Part shown: piece by piece, positions 37,942-47,246 of the stretch
How positions within the stretch are numbered: position 1 is the stretch's first letter
Layout: each line of letters begins with the position of its first letter
Source of the DNA: a virus
Lineage: Duplodnaviria; Caudoviricetes
Virus record (IMG/VR): IMGVR_UViG_3300030331_002818
Coordinates: 1 to 52,469 of that record
Reading direction: 5' to 3' (one strand)
DNA: 52,469 nt
Program-made: the position numbers and the translations under genes
Notes under the pieces: generated by a model
What the model saw: only the letters and a program-made list of their open reading frames with translations
Told to the model about the DNA's origin: nothing
Databases searched by the model: none

Positions 37942-37977
37942 CACCAGCGCAGGGGGGTTACGGGTCCCCCAGCCACC

Positions 37978-38007
37978 AACACCGCCCAGCTTGGGCGGTG
38001 TTTTTTT
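37978..38007 (+). terminator. Rho-independent terminator
   Basis: AACACCGCCCA-GCT-TGGGCGGTGTT-TTTTT. Confidence 0.85.
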
Positions 38008-38224
38008 GTACCCCCGCGAGACCGTCCCCTTGGCTATAGCTTGGTCTGTAGCCATGTTTTGGACATATCGTGTGGTAACAAAAAAGTTTCAGGATATTGA
38101 CTTTACTCGATCAAAAGCCGAGACCGCCACCCCCCTCATACTGTAGAATCGTCATAGGTTCATTGCCCTAGAAAAATTTTCGATATATTTATAATATATC
38201 CGCATTATTGAGGAACCATGGATA

Positions 38225-39688
38225 ATGGATGTTCAATTAGTACCTGAAGAACAATTAAAAAAGTATGCCCATTTATTAGAGCGAGCTGCGGAGATAAACC
38301 AAGCAGAGGCCAGCCAACAAGATTTTATGGAGTATACTAAAACGGTTTGGCCTGAATTTATAAATGGACGCCACCATAAAATTATGGCTGAGAAGTTTAA
38401 CCGTATAGCTAATGGTGATTTAAAACGGTTAATAGTAAATATGCCACCGCGCCATACAAAAAGTGAGTTTGGCAGTTATTTATTACCTAGTTGGTTGATG
38501 GGTAAAAACCCACGATTAAAGATAATGCAGACAACACATACGGCTGAGTTAGCTTTTAGATTTGGCCGAAAGGTGCGTAATTTAATGAACTCTGCAGAAT
38601 ATACTAGGGTTTTCCCTGGAGTAGAATTACGTGCGGATAGCCAAGCAGCGGGACGTTGGGAGACAAGTAAAGGTGGAGAATATTTTGCGGCTGGTGTTGG
38701 TGGTGCGGTTACAGGCCGTGGTGCAGATTTATTGATTATTGATGACCCGCACAGTGAACAAGATGCACTTAGCCCTACAGCATTAGAACATGCTTATGAG
38801 TGGTATACATCTGGTCCGCGCCAGCGTTTACAACCAGGAGGTGCGATAGTTATTATTATGACTCGCTGGGCAGATAATGATTTAACAGGTAAATTATTAA
38901 AACAGCAGGGCAGAGATATATTAGCAGATAAATGGGAAGTGGTTGAGTTTCCGGCATTAATGCCAGAGAGTGAAGAACCCCTTTGGCCTGAGTTTTGGAA
39001 AAAAGAAGATTTATTAAGTGTTAAAGGTAGTTTGTCAGTTGGTAAGTGGGAAGCGCAATGGCAGCAAAACCCTACTGGCGATATGGCAGCTATACTTAAA
39101 CGTGAGTGGTGGAATATGTGGGAGAAAGATGATATACCACCATTAGAGTATGTAATGCAGTCTTATGATACTGCGTATAGTAAAAAGGAAACATCGGATT
39201 TTAGTGCTATAACTACATGGGGTGTTTTTTATCCTAAAGAGGGAGGACCACCAAACATTATTCTATGTGATGCTAAACGTGGCAGATGGGACTTCCCTGA
39301 TTTGCGGCGGCGAGCACTTGAGGAGTATAAATACTGGGAACCAGAATGTGTACTTATAGAGGCAAAAGCCAGTGGTATGCCGCTAACACAAGAGTTGAGA
39401 AATATGGGTATACCAGTGATGAATTATACACCTAGTAGGGGTAATGATAAATTCACAAGAGTAAACTCTATTGCGCCGTTGTTTGAAAGTGGTTTAGTAT
39501 GGTCGCCAGATACGCGCTGGGCAGAAGAAGTTATTGAAGAATGTGCAGCGTTTCCCGCAGGGGAGCATGATGATTATGTTGATACAGTTACCCAAGCTCT
39601 TCGTAGATTTAGGGAAGGCGGCTTTATACAACATCCCGAAGATTATGAGGAAGAAGAATCTGTCCCTGTACAAAGGATATATTACTAA
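38225..39688 (+). CDS. terL: Terminase large subunit
   Basis: NMPPRHTKS Walker A variant, GRGADLLIIDDP Walker B, IMTRW, RNase H-like SYDTA, IEAKASG and HDDYVD. Confidence 0.95.
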   Translation: MDVQLVPEEQLKKYAHLLERAAEINQAEASQQDFMEYTKTVWPEFINGRHHKIMAEKFNRIANGDLKRLIVNMPPRHTKSEFGSYLLPSWLMGKNPRLKIMQTTHTAELAFRFGRKVRNLMNSAEYTRVFPGVELRADSQAAGRWETSKGGEYFAAGVGGAVTGRGADLLIIDDPHSEQDALSPTALEHAYEWYTSGPRQRLQPGGAIVIIMTRWADNDLTGKLLKQQGRDILADKWEVVEFPALMPESEEPLWPEFWKKEDLLSVKGSLSVGKWEAQWQQNPTGDMAAILKREWWNMWEKDDIPPLEYVMQSYDTAYSKKETSDFSAITTWGVFYPKEGGPPNIILCDAKRGRWDFPDLRRRALEEYKYWEPECVLIEAKASGMPLTQELRNMGIPVMNYTPSRGNDKFTRVNSIAPLFESGLVWSPDTRWAEEVIEECAAFPAGEHDDYVDTVTQALRRFREGGFIQHPEDYEEEESVPVQRIYY

Positions 39689-42066
39689 TGGCAATTAACC
39701 CCCGTCCAAGCAATATTGACCGCAGTTTATTACAAGCACCTAATGATACATTTAGTGCATTAGAAGATAATTTAGTTGAACAAGAATTAGAAATAATTAC
39801 AGAAGAAGAAACAGAAGATGGCGGTGCAGAGGTTATTTTTGGCGAAGATGACCAGCCATTAGGGGAAGAGCCAGCTAACTTTTACGATAATTTAGCAGAA
39901 TTTTTAAGTGATGATACATTAGGTAAAATAGCTACTTATGTATCTGAGAGTGTTGATGATGATAAAACTAGCCGCGATGAGTGGGTAGAAACTTATACAA
40001 AAGGTTTAGAACTGCTCGGTTTAAAGTATGAAACTCGCACAGAACCTTTTGATGGTGCTACAGGTGTAATACACCCGATACTAAATGAAGCTGTAACGCA
40101 GTTTCAAGCTGGTGCATATAAAGAGATGTTACCTAGCAGTGGTCCAGTAAAAAGTAATATTATTGGTGAAGCTACTCCAGAAGTAGAAGCACAGGCAAAA
40201 CGTGTGCAAGATTACATGAATTATCAAATTATGTATGAAATGGAAGAGTATGAGCCAGAATATGACCAGATGTTATATTACCTTGGACTTTCTGGTAGTG
40301 CTTTTAAAAAGGTTTATCGTGATGATGTGCTTGGCAGACCAGTAAGTAAGTTTGTACCAGCCGAAGATGTAGTCGCACCGTATACTGCAACTGATTTAGC
40401 ATCAGCAGAACGGATAACCCATATCATAAAAATGTCAAAAAATGAGTTACGTAAGTTACAAGTGACTGGTTTTTATCGTGATATGGATATACCAAAAGGT
40501 GAAAATACAGAATCAGATGATGTAAAAGAGGCTTATAACGAAATTGAAGGCAGGGAACCTGCTGGAGATAGTGAAGAAGTCATTTTATATGAGTGCCATT
40601 GTTATTTAGATCTGGAAGAATACCCAGATAAAGACCAAAATGATGAAAAAACAGGTATAAAACTACCTTATATTGCTACAATTAGTGCAGATAATGATGA
40701 AGTATTATCTGTAAGGCGAAATTATGGTCAAAATGACCCTATGAAAAAGAAAATACCGCATTTTGTGCAATATAAATTTACTCCAGGACTCGGTTTTTAC
40801 GGTTTTGGCTTAATTCATCTGCTTGGTAATTTATCGCGCACAGCTACAGCAAATTTACGCCAATTAATTGATTCTGGCACACTGAGTAATATGCCAGCAG
40901 GGTTTAAAGCTCGCGGTTTACGCATTGCAGATGAACAAACACCATTACATCCAGGAGAATTTAGGGATATTGATATCCCTGGAGGTGATATACGTACGAG
41001 TTTGATGTCTTTACCGTATAAAGAACCTTCTGGCACACTCTTTCAGTTGATGGGTTTTGTTATTGAATCAGCTCAACGGTTTATTGGCACAACTGATATT
41101 GGTGTAGGTGATGGCAGACAAGAGATGCCAGTTGGTACTACAATAGCTTTACTAGAACGTGGAGCTAAAATTATCAGTGCTGTACATAAACGGTTACATA
41201 CGAGTTTAAAACAAGAACTTAAAATGTTGGCACGGCTTTTTGCTGAAGACCCAACACCTTATCCATACGATGTTAAAGCAGATGCACAAATAAAAATATC
41301 TGATTTTGATGCTAGGATAGATATTATCCCTGTTAGTGATCCTAATATTTTTAGTATGTCACAAAGGGTAGTATTAGCTCAAGAACAATTAAAATTAGCG
41401 CAAGCTGCACCAGAGATGCACAATTTACGTGAGGCTTACCGCAGAGTTTATGAAGCATTAGGTGTAGATAATATTGAGCAAGTATTAAAACCTGAGCCAC
41501 AACCACAGCCGATGGATCCAGCAACAGAGAATCAGTTATCTAGTCAAGCGGCTGGTGGACAAGCTAAAATGCAAGCATTCCCAGACCAAGATCATGATGC
41601 TCATATTTCTGTTCATTTAGCGTATATGCAAAGTAGAGTAGCGCAAATGCAGCCGCCTGTATTACTTACTTTAGAAAAACATATTTATGAGCATATTGGT
41701 ATGAAAGCGATGGTGCAGTTCCAGCAGATGATGCAGCAGGATCCAAATATGCAACAATTACCACCTCAAGCACAGGCAGCTCAAGTAGCTACAATACAGG
41801 CACAATTAATGGCAGAGTTCCAACAGAAGCAACCGCCAGCACCGCCAAGTGACCCACTTGTAGAAATTAAGAAACAAGAGCTTGCGTTACGTGAAAAAGA
41901 AGTAAATATGGATCAACAGTTAGACCAACAAAAATTACAGATTGATTCACAAGCTAAACAAGAGAATGCGAATATCGCACGTGAGCGTATAGCTTCTACT
42001 GAAGATATAGCTAATATGAGAGCGCAGATTGCTTTACAAAGACAACAGCAAAATAGAGGTGGGTAA
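39688..42066 (+). CDS. Portal protein (P22-like)
   Basis: 792 aa directly after terL; RVQDYMNYQI, GSAFKKVY, PGLGFYGFGL and a Gln-rich coiled C-terminus. Confidence 0.88.
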   Translation: MAINPRPSNIDRSLLQAPNDTFSALEDNLVEQELEIITEEETEDGGAEVIFGEDDQPLGEEPANFYDNLAEFLSDDTLGKIATYVSESVDDDKTSRDEWVETYTKGLELLGLKYETRTEPFDGATGVIHPILNEAVTQFQAGAYKEMLPSSGPVKSNIIGEATPEVEAQAKRVQDYMNYQIMYEMEEYEPEYDQMLYYLGLSGSAFKKVYRDDVLGRPVSKFVPAEDVVAPYTATDLASAERITHIIKMSKNELRKLQVTGFYRDMDIPKGENTESDDVKEAYNEIEGREPAGDSEEVILYECHCYLDLEEYPDKDQNDEKTGIKLPYIATISADNDEVLSVRRNYGQNDPMKKKIPHFVQYKFTPGLGFYGFGLIHLLGNLSRTATANLRQLIDSGTLSNMPAGFKARGLRIADEQTPLHPGEFRDIDIPGGDIRTSLMSLPYKEPSGTLFQLMGFVIESAQRFIGTTDIGVGDGRQEMPVGTTIALLERGAKIISAVHKRLHTSLKQELKMLARLFAEDPTPYPYDVKADAQIKISDFDARIDIIPVSDPNIFSMSQRVVLAQEQLKLAQAAPEMHNLREAYRRVYEALGVDNIEQVLKPEPQPQPMDPATENQLSSQAAGGQAKMQAFPDQDHDAHISVHLAYMQSRVAQMQPPVLLTLEKHIYEHIGMKAMVQFQQMMQQDPNMQQLPPQAQAAQVATIQAQLMAEFQQKQPPAPPSDPLVEIKKQELALREKEVNMDQQLDQQKLQIDSQAKQENANIARERIASTEDIANMRAQIALQRQQQNRGG

Positions 42067-43082
42067 TGGCTAGGGGTTTTGGGGGAGAAGACGAAGCGGG
42101 AAGAGCTAACGATCCCTCTGGTCCTGGCACAGGTATTGGCAGGTCGGAAGACCTTGATGCTGCTCAAGCTGATAGAGATAAACAAGCTGATCGTGAACGT
42201 GATAGAGATAGAGATGCACAAGAACAAGAAGTTTTAGCAAATGTAGAAAAAGCAGCTCAAGCTGCCATAAATGCAGGTATTAATCCATTTTCTGATACTT
42301 TTAAAAATGTTCTAGCTGCTAATATGATGAGGGGCAAATTTGGTAATGTTTCAGGTTTGTTCGGAACAAAATTTGGTGATGGTGACGCAGATGACAAGAG
42401 AGGTAAAACAAAAGGTGGTATAACTCAAACTGATGAAGTTAAAGGTTTTATTGCTAAGTATGCTCCCACTACTGGCGATAAAATAAAATCAGCATTAGGT
42501 CTTACCGATATAAAAGCAACTTTAACTCCAGGACAAAAAACACCTTTTGGTGCGCTTCCAGGAATTTTAAGTCTTTATGATGTTCCTGGGAAAGTTGCAT
42601 TCGGATTAGGTAATCAGCTTTTAGGGTTTTTAGGTATAGGGGTAAATCCAGTTACACAGGCTATAAACGAGCAAATAGCAGCTTCTAATAAAGCTTTGGC
42701 AGCACAAAAAGGTAAAGCTCCACAGAGTATTGATATCCAAAAATACACAAACCCTACCCCTAGACCAGATAACCCTATCAGGGCTACAACTCCAGCAGGA
42801 CAATTTTTACAAGATCAATTTATGCAAAAGCAAAGCAAGCCTAGTACTGGGTTGCCTTCAAATACTGTGCAGACAGCAGGGTTATTTGATACTTTGAAAA
42901 GCACAATAGATGGGGTTAAAAGTATTCCTGGAGGATACCAAATAGGCGATACACAGTATACAGGGACATATTCAAAAAACCCTTCAGCTAGAACATTTTC
43001 AAAAACAGAAAAAGAATATGTAGCCCCATTTTCTGCTGAAATGTTTAAGCAAGGTATTTCTACCCTTAACCCTTTTGATTAG
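42066..43082 (+). CDS. Low-complexity putative virion protein
   Basis: Coupled to portal; Gly- and Asp/Arg-rich N-terminus. Confidence 0.55.
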   Translation: MARGFGGEDEAGRANDPSGPGTGIGRSEDLDAAQADRDKQADRERDRDRDAQEQEVLANVEKAAQAAINAGINPFSDTFKNVLAANMMRGKFGNVSGLFGTKFGDGDADDKRGKTKGGITQTDEVKGFIAKYAPTTGDKIKSALGLTDIKATLTPGQKTPFGALPGILSLYDVPGKVAFGLGNQLLGFLGIGVNPVTQAINEQIAASNKALAAQKGKAPQSIDIQKYTNPTPRPDNPIRATTPAGQFLQDQFMQKQSKPSTGLPSNTVQTAGLFDTLKSTIDGVKSIPGGYQIGDTQYTGTYSKNPSARTFSKTEKEYVAPFSAEMFKQGISTLNPFD

Positions 43083-43091
43083 GAGAAGTAA

Positions 43092-43406
43092 ATGTCAAGT
43101 AAAGATAGAGTAGCGCAGCTTATGGATTTGTTAGAGGAAGCTCGTGGTAAAGGTGATGATGATAAAGTTGCTGAACTAGAGGCTGATTTATTTAAAATGA
43201 GAGATAAAAAATCTGATGGCGGCTTCCCTGATTTAACAGGCGATGGTAAAATTACTCGGGCAGATATTTTAAAAGGTAGAGGTGTTGAACTTGCAACAGG
43301 TGGTTTAGCAGTTTTATCTGCTACTTCTGATATAGAACCCACAGGTGGGGTATCGCGCGGAGGTGGTGCTGCACTTAGGGGTATAAAATTTAGAGGTGTT
43401 AAGTAA
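43092..43406 (+). CDS. Small protein with an EF-hand/dockerin-like motif
   Basis: AGGAG RBS; FPDLTGDGKITRADILKGRGV; SRGGGAALRG.KF.GV end. Confidence 0.65.
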   Translation: MSSKDRVAQLMDLLEEARGKGDDDKVAELEADLFKMRDKKSDGGFPDLTGDGKITRADILKGRGVELATGGLAVLSATSDIEPTGGVSRGGGAALRGIKFRGVK

Positions 43407-43726
43407 TGCCTCAAAAAAAGCTGCAAGAAAAATCTATCTATGCAGAATATGATGAAGATGGCGATGGTATCGTCAGCGATGATGAATTAAGCCATGTAAA
43501 AGAAATAAAAAAGACTGAAACTGAGTTACGTAAAAATTTAGCACAATTACGTATGGCGCGATACACATTGATATTTATGGGGTGTTATGCAATATTTCTG
43601 GCTTCGCCTTGGTGTTCAGCGGAAAAGTTAGAGGGTTTAGGTGCAGTCACCGACCTTATTTTCCTTAGCGGAGCTGGTATTGTTGGAGCGTATATGGGTA
43701 CAACAGCATGGATGGCAAAGAAATAA
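43406..43726 (+). CDS. Membrane protein (EF-hand-like loop plus 2 TM helices), holin-like
   Basis: YDEDGDGIVSDDEL followed by two hydrophobic helices. Confidence 0.55.
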   Translation: MPQKKLQEKSIYAEYDEDGDGIVSDDELSHVKEIKKTETELRKNLAQLRMARYTLIFMGCYAIFLASPWCSAEKLEGLGAVTDLIFLSGAGIVGAYMGTTAWMAKK

Positions 43727-43897
43727 ATGGAAAATATTATAATAGCTGCGATGTTAGCTGCGATGATACACGGTCATGTTACAGGCGGTGAAAAAGAAGA
43801 GGCTGTAAAAGACAACATAAACTGGGAGCTAGCAGGTAATTTTAGAACAGAAAGCACTCCCAATACAGTTCAGTGGGTGATAATTACGGATGACTAG
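43727..43897 (+). CDS. 56-aa hypothetical protein (not in the ORF track)
   Basis: ATG immediately after the upstream stop; MENIIIAAMLAAMIHG...; fills the gap. Confidence 0.5.
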   Translation: MENIIIAAMLAAMIHGHVTGGEKEEAVKDNINWELAGNFRTESTPNTVQWVIITDD

Positions 43898-44132
43898 CAT
43901 CCATCATACGGTTGAAACTTTATTTATACTTGTCATAAGTATGTGGGGTTTTGACGGCAATGAGTGGCAGTACATTGGTAATCAAGTTTCCTTACAGCAA
44001 CCTATGACTGAGGCTCAATGCTTATATTTAATTGATGAAAAGATGTGGCAAGCTACATATAGTAATCAATACTACAAGATGGTAGCACATTGTTTTCCTA
44101 CAGATTGTGCTGGAAAGACTGCGTGTGATTGA
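43890..44132 (+). CDS. Hypothetical protein
   Basis: Tiles in the operon; N-terminal hydrophobic stretch and Cys residues. Confidence 0.5.
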   Translation: MTSIHHTVETLFILVISMWGFDGNEWQYIGNQVSLQQPMTEAQCLYLIDEKMWQATYSNQYYKMVAHCFPTDCAGKTACD

Positions 44133-44521
44133 TGCCAAAGTTAAGCGAAAACACCGAACTGGCTATGCCAATACGCAATTTGATTGCGTTGCTCATAGCT
44201 GCAACTGTTGGCACGTGGGCTTATTTTGGAGTTATCGAGCGTCTTAACACTATAGAGAACAAGCTGATTCTGATGGAAACAGATCTAAATATGAACACAG
44301 AGTTCCGTATCAAATGGCCGAGAGGGGAGATGGGTAGTTTACCCGCAGACTCAGAACAATTTATGATGATAGAGCATCTTGCTGGAGAGTTGGAAAAACT
44401 GGCAGAAAACATTGAATCAGGAAACGCGCCGCATGACCAGCAACAAAAGCTAGTTCTTGAATTTTATGATAGACGGTTGACAAAAATTGAGGACAACATT
44501 GAGAAGTTGACTAACAAATGA
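44129..44521 (+). CDS. Membrane-anchored coiled-coil protein (possible spanin-like)
   Basis: TM segment LIALLIAATVGTWAYFGV followed by a coiled coil; lysis-gene neighbourhood. Confidence 0.5.
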   Translation: MMPKLSENTELAMPIRNLIALLIAATVGTWAYFGVIERLNTIENKLILMETDLNMNTEFRIKWPRGEMGSLPADSEQFMMIEHLAGELEKLAENIESGNAPHDQQQKLVLEFYDRRLTKIEDNIEKLTNK

Positions 44522-44730
44522 TTGAGATGACCTTTGTTCTACTTCTTATGATAGGTGAAGAGCGAGTTGAATATACTCCGTATAAGAACCTGTCTGAGTG
44601 TTTAAATATACGTCGTAAGATTAAACGTAATGTTGGGCATACTACGGACTTTGATAAGAAGTGGTCATGTAAACAATTAAAAGTTAGGCTTGAGGCTGGA
44701 GAGATTTTAGAAATCTTGGAGGACGAATGA
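44518..44730 (+). CDS. Hypothetical protein
   Basis: Coupled ORF; LSECL..RRKI.R motif. Confidence 0.5.
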   Translation: MIEMTFVLLLMIGEERVEYTPYKNLSECLNIRRKIKRNVGHTTDFDKKWSCKQLKVRLEAGEILEILEDE

Positions 44731-45104
44731 TACAAGCATTAATTGGACCAATAGCTAATTTAGCTGGCTCTTTTATGGAATCTAAAATAGAGCAAACCAA
44801 AGCTAAAGGTAGAGTTGCTCAGGCTAAAGCAGAAGCTGAAGCAGAAGTTATGAAAGTAGCAGCTACGCATGAAGCTGGGTGGGAAAAAATTATGGCACAG
44901 TCCTCTGACAACAGTTGGAAGGATGAGGCATGGACTATTTTGTTTATTGTCATAATTGCTATGTGTTTTATTCCGTTTACTCAGCCGTATGTTGAAGAGG
45001 GTTTTGCGGCTCTTTCTCGCACACCAGAGTGGTTTCAGTGGGCGATGTATGCTTCTATTGGTGCTAGTTTTGGTATAAGAGGAATAAAAGGATTTAAAAA
45101 ATGA
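44727..45104 (+). CDS. Putative holin
   Basis: Amphipathic N-terminus, SWKDEAW, two TM helices and a basic C-terminus (ASFGIRGIKGFKK); upstream of the lysozyme. Confidence 0.6.
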   Translation: MIQALIGPIANLAGSFMESKIEQTKAKGRVAQAKAEAEAEVMKVAATHEAGWEKIMAQSSDNSWKDEAWTILFIVIIAMCFIPFTQPYVEEGFAALSRTPEWFQWAMYASIGASFGIRGIKGFKK

Positions 45105-45253
45105 GTTTATATGAAAACATCCACAAAAGAAGAAAAAGCGGTAAACGCATGAGAAAACCTGGAGAAAAAGGCGCACCGAGTGCTGCTGATTTTAAAGCAG
45201 CAGCTAGAACTGCTAGGAAACGTGGTGGTAGTGCGAAAAAAGGTAAAAAATGA
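45101..45253 (+). CDS. 50-aa very basic protein (not in the ORF track)
   Basis: MSLYENIHKRRKSGKRMRKPGEKGAPSAADFKAAARTARKRGGSAKKGKK; ATGA overlaps at both ends. Confidence 0.7.
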   Translation: MSLYENIHKRRKSGKRMRKPGEKGAPSAADFKAAARTARKRGGSAKKGKK

Positions 45254-45696
45254 ATAAAGATAAATTACGCGAAGAAATAGCGGAAGATGAGGGGTGTAAG
45301 TACGAAATTTACTTAGATCACCTCGGATTACCGACTTGTGGTATTGGTCATCTCATAACTGAGGCTGACGAAGAGCATGGTAAGGCTGTTGGCACTGTTG
45401 TTGAGCAAGAGCGTGTCAAACAGTTGTTCGCTCTTGATATGGTGGTGACCATTGATGAGTGTAAAGTATTATACCCAGATTTTGATGACCTACCTGAAGA
45501 ATGTCAACATATAATCGCAAATATGATGTTCAATATGGGCAGACCTAGACTCAGTAAATTTAAAGGTATGAAGGCTGGTGTAGATGCGAAAGATTGGAAT
45601 AAAGCGGCAGATGAGATGGTAGATTCTCGCTGGTATACACAAGTGCCTAATCGTGCTAGGAGACTCGTTGATAGGATGAGGGCATTAGCAGAATGA
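45250..45696 (+). CDS. Endolysin, T4-like lysozyme (GH24)
   Basis: E-x8-D-x5-T triad (DEGCKYEIYLDHLGLPT), GIGHL, NMMFNMG and AADEMVDSRWY.Q..NRA.RL. Confidence 0.9.
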   Translation: MNKDKLREEIAEDEGCKYEIYLDHLGLPTCGIGHLITEADEEHGKAVGTVVEQERVKQLFALDMVVTIDECKVLYPDFDDLPEECQHIIANMMFNMGRPRLSKFKGMKAGVDAKDWNKAADEMVDSRWYTQVPNRARRLVDRMRALAE

Positions 45697-45890
45697 ATGA
45701 CCTTTACTTTTACGAAAACATGATTAAGGTTGTTCGCGAGCGATCAGAAGCAGTAAAACAAACTATTTTGTATGGTGCTGTAGCTGATTACACTGCTTTC
45801 AAGGAACTCCGAGCTAAACTCGGTGAGCTTGCACAAACAGAACAGGATTTAAAAACCCTGCTAGAAAAGGTATCAGAACCAGATGGCTAA
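45693..45890 (+). CDS. Small conserved protein upstream of GroES
   Basis: Coupled 65-aa helical ORF. Confidence 0.55.
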   Translation: MNDLYFYENMIKVVRERSEAVKQTILYGAVADYTAFKELRAKLGELAQTEQDLKTLLEKVSEPDG

Positions 45891-46326
45891 GACATTACTT
45901 GTCCCAGATTATATTGCTAAACAAAAAGCACAAGAAAAATCAAAAAATACAGACCCCGAAGTTCCCTCTATAGAAAAATTACCGAAACCTACGGGTTGGC
46001 GCATTTTGATTTTACCTTTTAAAGGTAAAAAACAAACCGAGGGAGGTATATTACTACCAGACCAAGCAATTGAGCGCGAAGCTCTTGCTACCGTTTGTGG
46101 TTATGTGCTTAAAGTAGGACCCCTAGCTTACCAAGATCCCAATAAATTCGGTAACCCGAATGACCCTCATGAAAATTGGAAACCGTGGTGTAAAGAGGGT
46201 GATTGGGTAATTTTTGGTCGTTATGCTGGAAGTCGTTTTAAAATAGAGGGTGGCGAAGTTCGTTTACTTAATGATGACGAAATATTAGCCACAATCAATA
46301 ATCCAGAAGATATTCTGCACATTTAA
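45883..46326 (+). CDS. groES: Co-chaperonin GroES-like protein
   Basis: KPTGWRILI, TEGGILLP mobile loop, VLKVGP, KEGDWVIFGRYAG and LLNDDEILA. Confidence 0.88.
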   Translation: MAKTLLVPDYIAKQKAQEKSKNTDPEVPSIEKLPKPTGWRILILPFKGKKQTEGGILLPDQAIEREALATVCGYVLKVGPLAYQDPNKFGNPNDPHENWKPWCKEGDWVIFGRYAGSRFKIEGGEVRLLNDDEILATINNPEDILHI

Positions 46327-46339
46327 CATGGAGTGAGCC

Positions 46340-47236
46340 ATGCCTGAAGAAAAACAAAAAGAGTTGTTTGAAGAATCTGAAGATCTCGAAATAGAGGTAG
46401 AGGAAGAAAAAGAGGAAGAGCCACAAGAGGTTGCTGCTGAAGAACCAAAAGAGCAAGCTGCCGAATCTTCCGATGATGAGCTTGAAAACTATAGTGAGTC
46501 TGTGCAGAAACGCATCAGTAAACTTACTGCTAAAATGCGTGAGGCTGAAAGGCGCGAGAAAGCGGCTACAGAGTATGCTCAAGCAGTTCAAAAACAATTA
46601 CAGGAGAGTACACAAAAAAGCACTGCTTTAGATGATTCTTTTGTAAGTGAGTTTGAAACAAGAGTTACGTATCAAGAAGAGAGTTTACGTAATAAACTAA
46701 AAGAAGCGATAGATCGCGGAGATGTTGATAAGCAAGTAGAAGTACAAGCAGCTTTAGCTAATTTAGCGCAAGATAATCAACGGTTAGCTTATGTAAAGCA
46801 CCAAAAAGAGGTGCAAGCTAAACAACTTGAGCAAATACAGCAAACTCCGCAACAACCCGTGCAGCAAGCTCCTACACAACCAGACCCTAAAGCATCAGCA
46901 TGGGCTGAGCGCAATACTTGGTTTGGACAAGATGAGCCTATGACACTCACCGCTTTTAGTATACATAAAAAACTGGTTGAGGAAGAGGGCTACGACCCTA
47001 CTGGTGATGAGTATTATAATGAGCTTGATAGTAGAATGCGAAGAGATTTTCCTCATAAATTTGGGGAAAAAACTAATAGAACCTCAGGTCCTGCTGTAGC
47101 TGGAGCAAATAGAAGTGGTAAAACTTCTAATAAAAAATCTGTAAAACTAACTCAATCTCAAGTTGCAATAGCGAAAAAACTTGGTATAACTAATGAACAG
47201 TATGCGAAACAACTACTCGCATTACAAAATTCGTGA
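46340..47236 (+). CDS. Putative capsid scaffolding protein
   Basis: Acidic N-terminus, long coiled coil and C-terminal LT..QVAIAKKLGI...YAK; upstream of the capsid genes. Confidence 0.7.
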   Translation: MPEEKQKELFEESEDLEIEVEEEKEEEPQEVAAEEPKEQAAESSDDELENYSESVQKRISKLTAKMREAERREKAATEYAQAVQKQLQESTQKSTALDDSFVSEFETRVTYQEESLRNKLKEAIDRGDVDKQVEVQAALANLAQDNQRLAYVKHQKEVQAKQLEQIQQTPQQPVQQAPTQPDPKASAWAERNTWFGQDEPMTLTAFSIHKKLVEEEGYDPTGDEYYNELDSRMRRDFPHKFGEKTNRTSGPAVAGANRSGKTSNKKSVKLTQSQVAIAKKLGITNEQYAKQLLALQNS

Positions 47237-47246
47237 GGAAGTCGAT

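Larger units (their letters stand above)
37298..37964. other. TC/GA-depleted island
   Basis: Manual scan finds no TC and only four GA dinucleotides in about 667 bp. Confidence 0.9.

Noticed and set aside
37298-37964. TC depletion as UV-dimer avoidance or simple base-composition bias
   Set aside because: TT, CT and CC dipyrimidines are plentiful in the island and all four bases are well represented; only TC/GA is missing.
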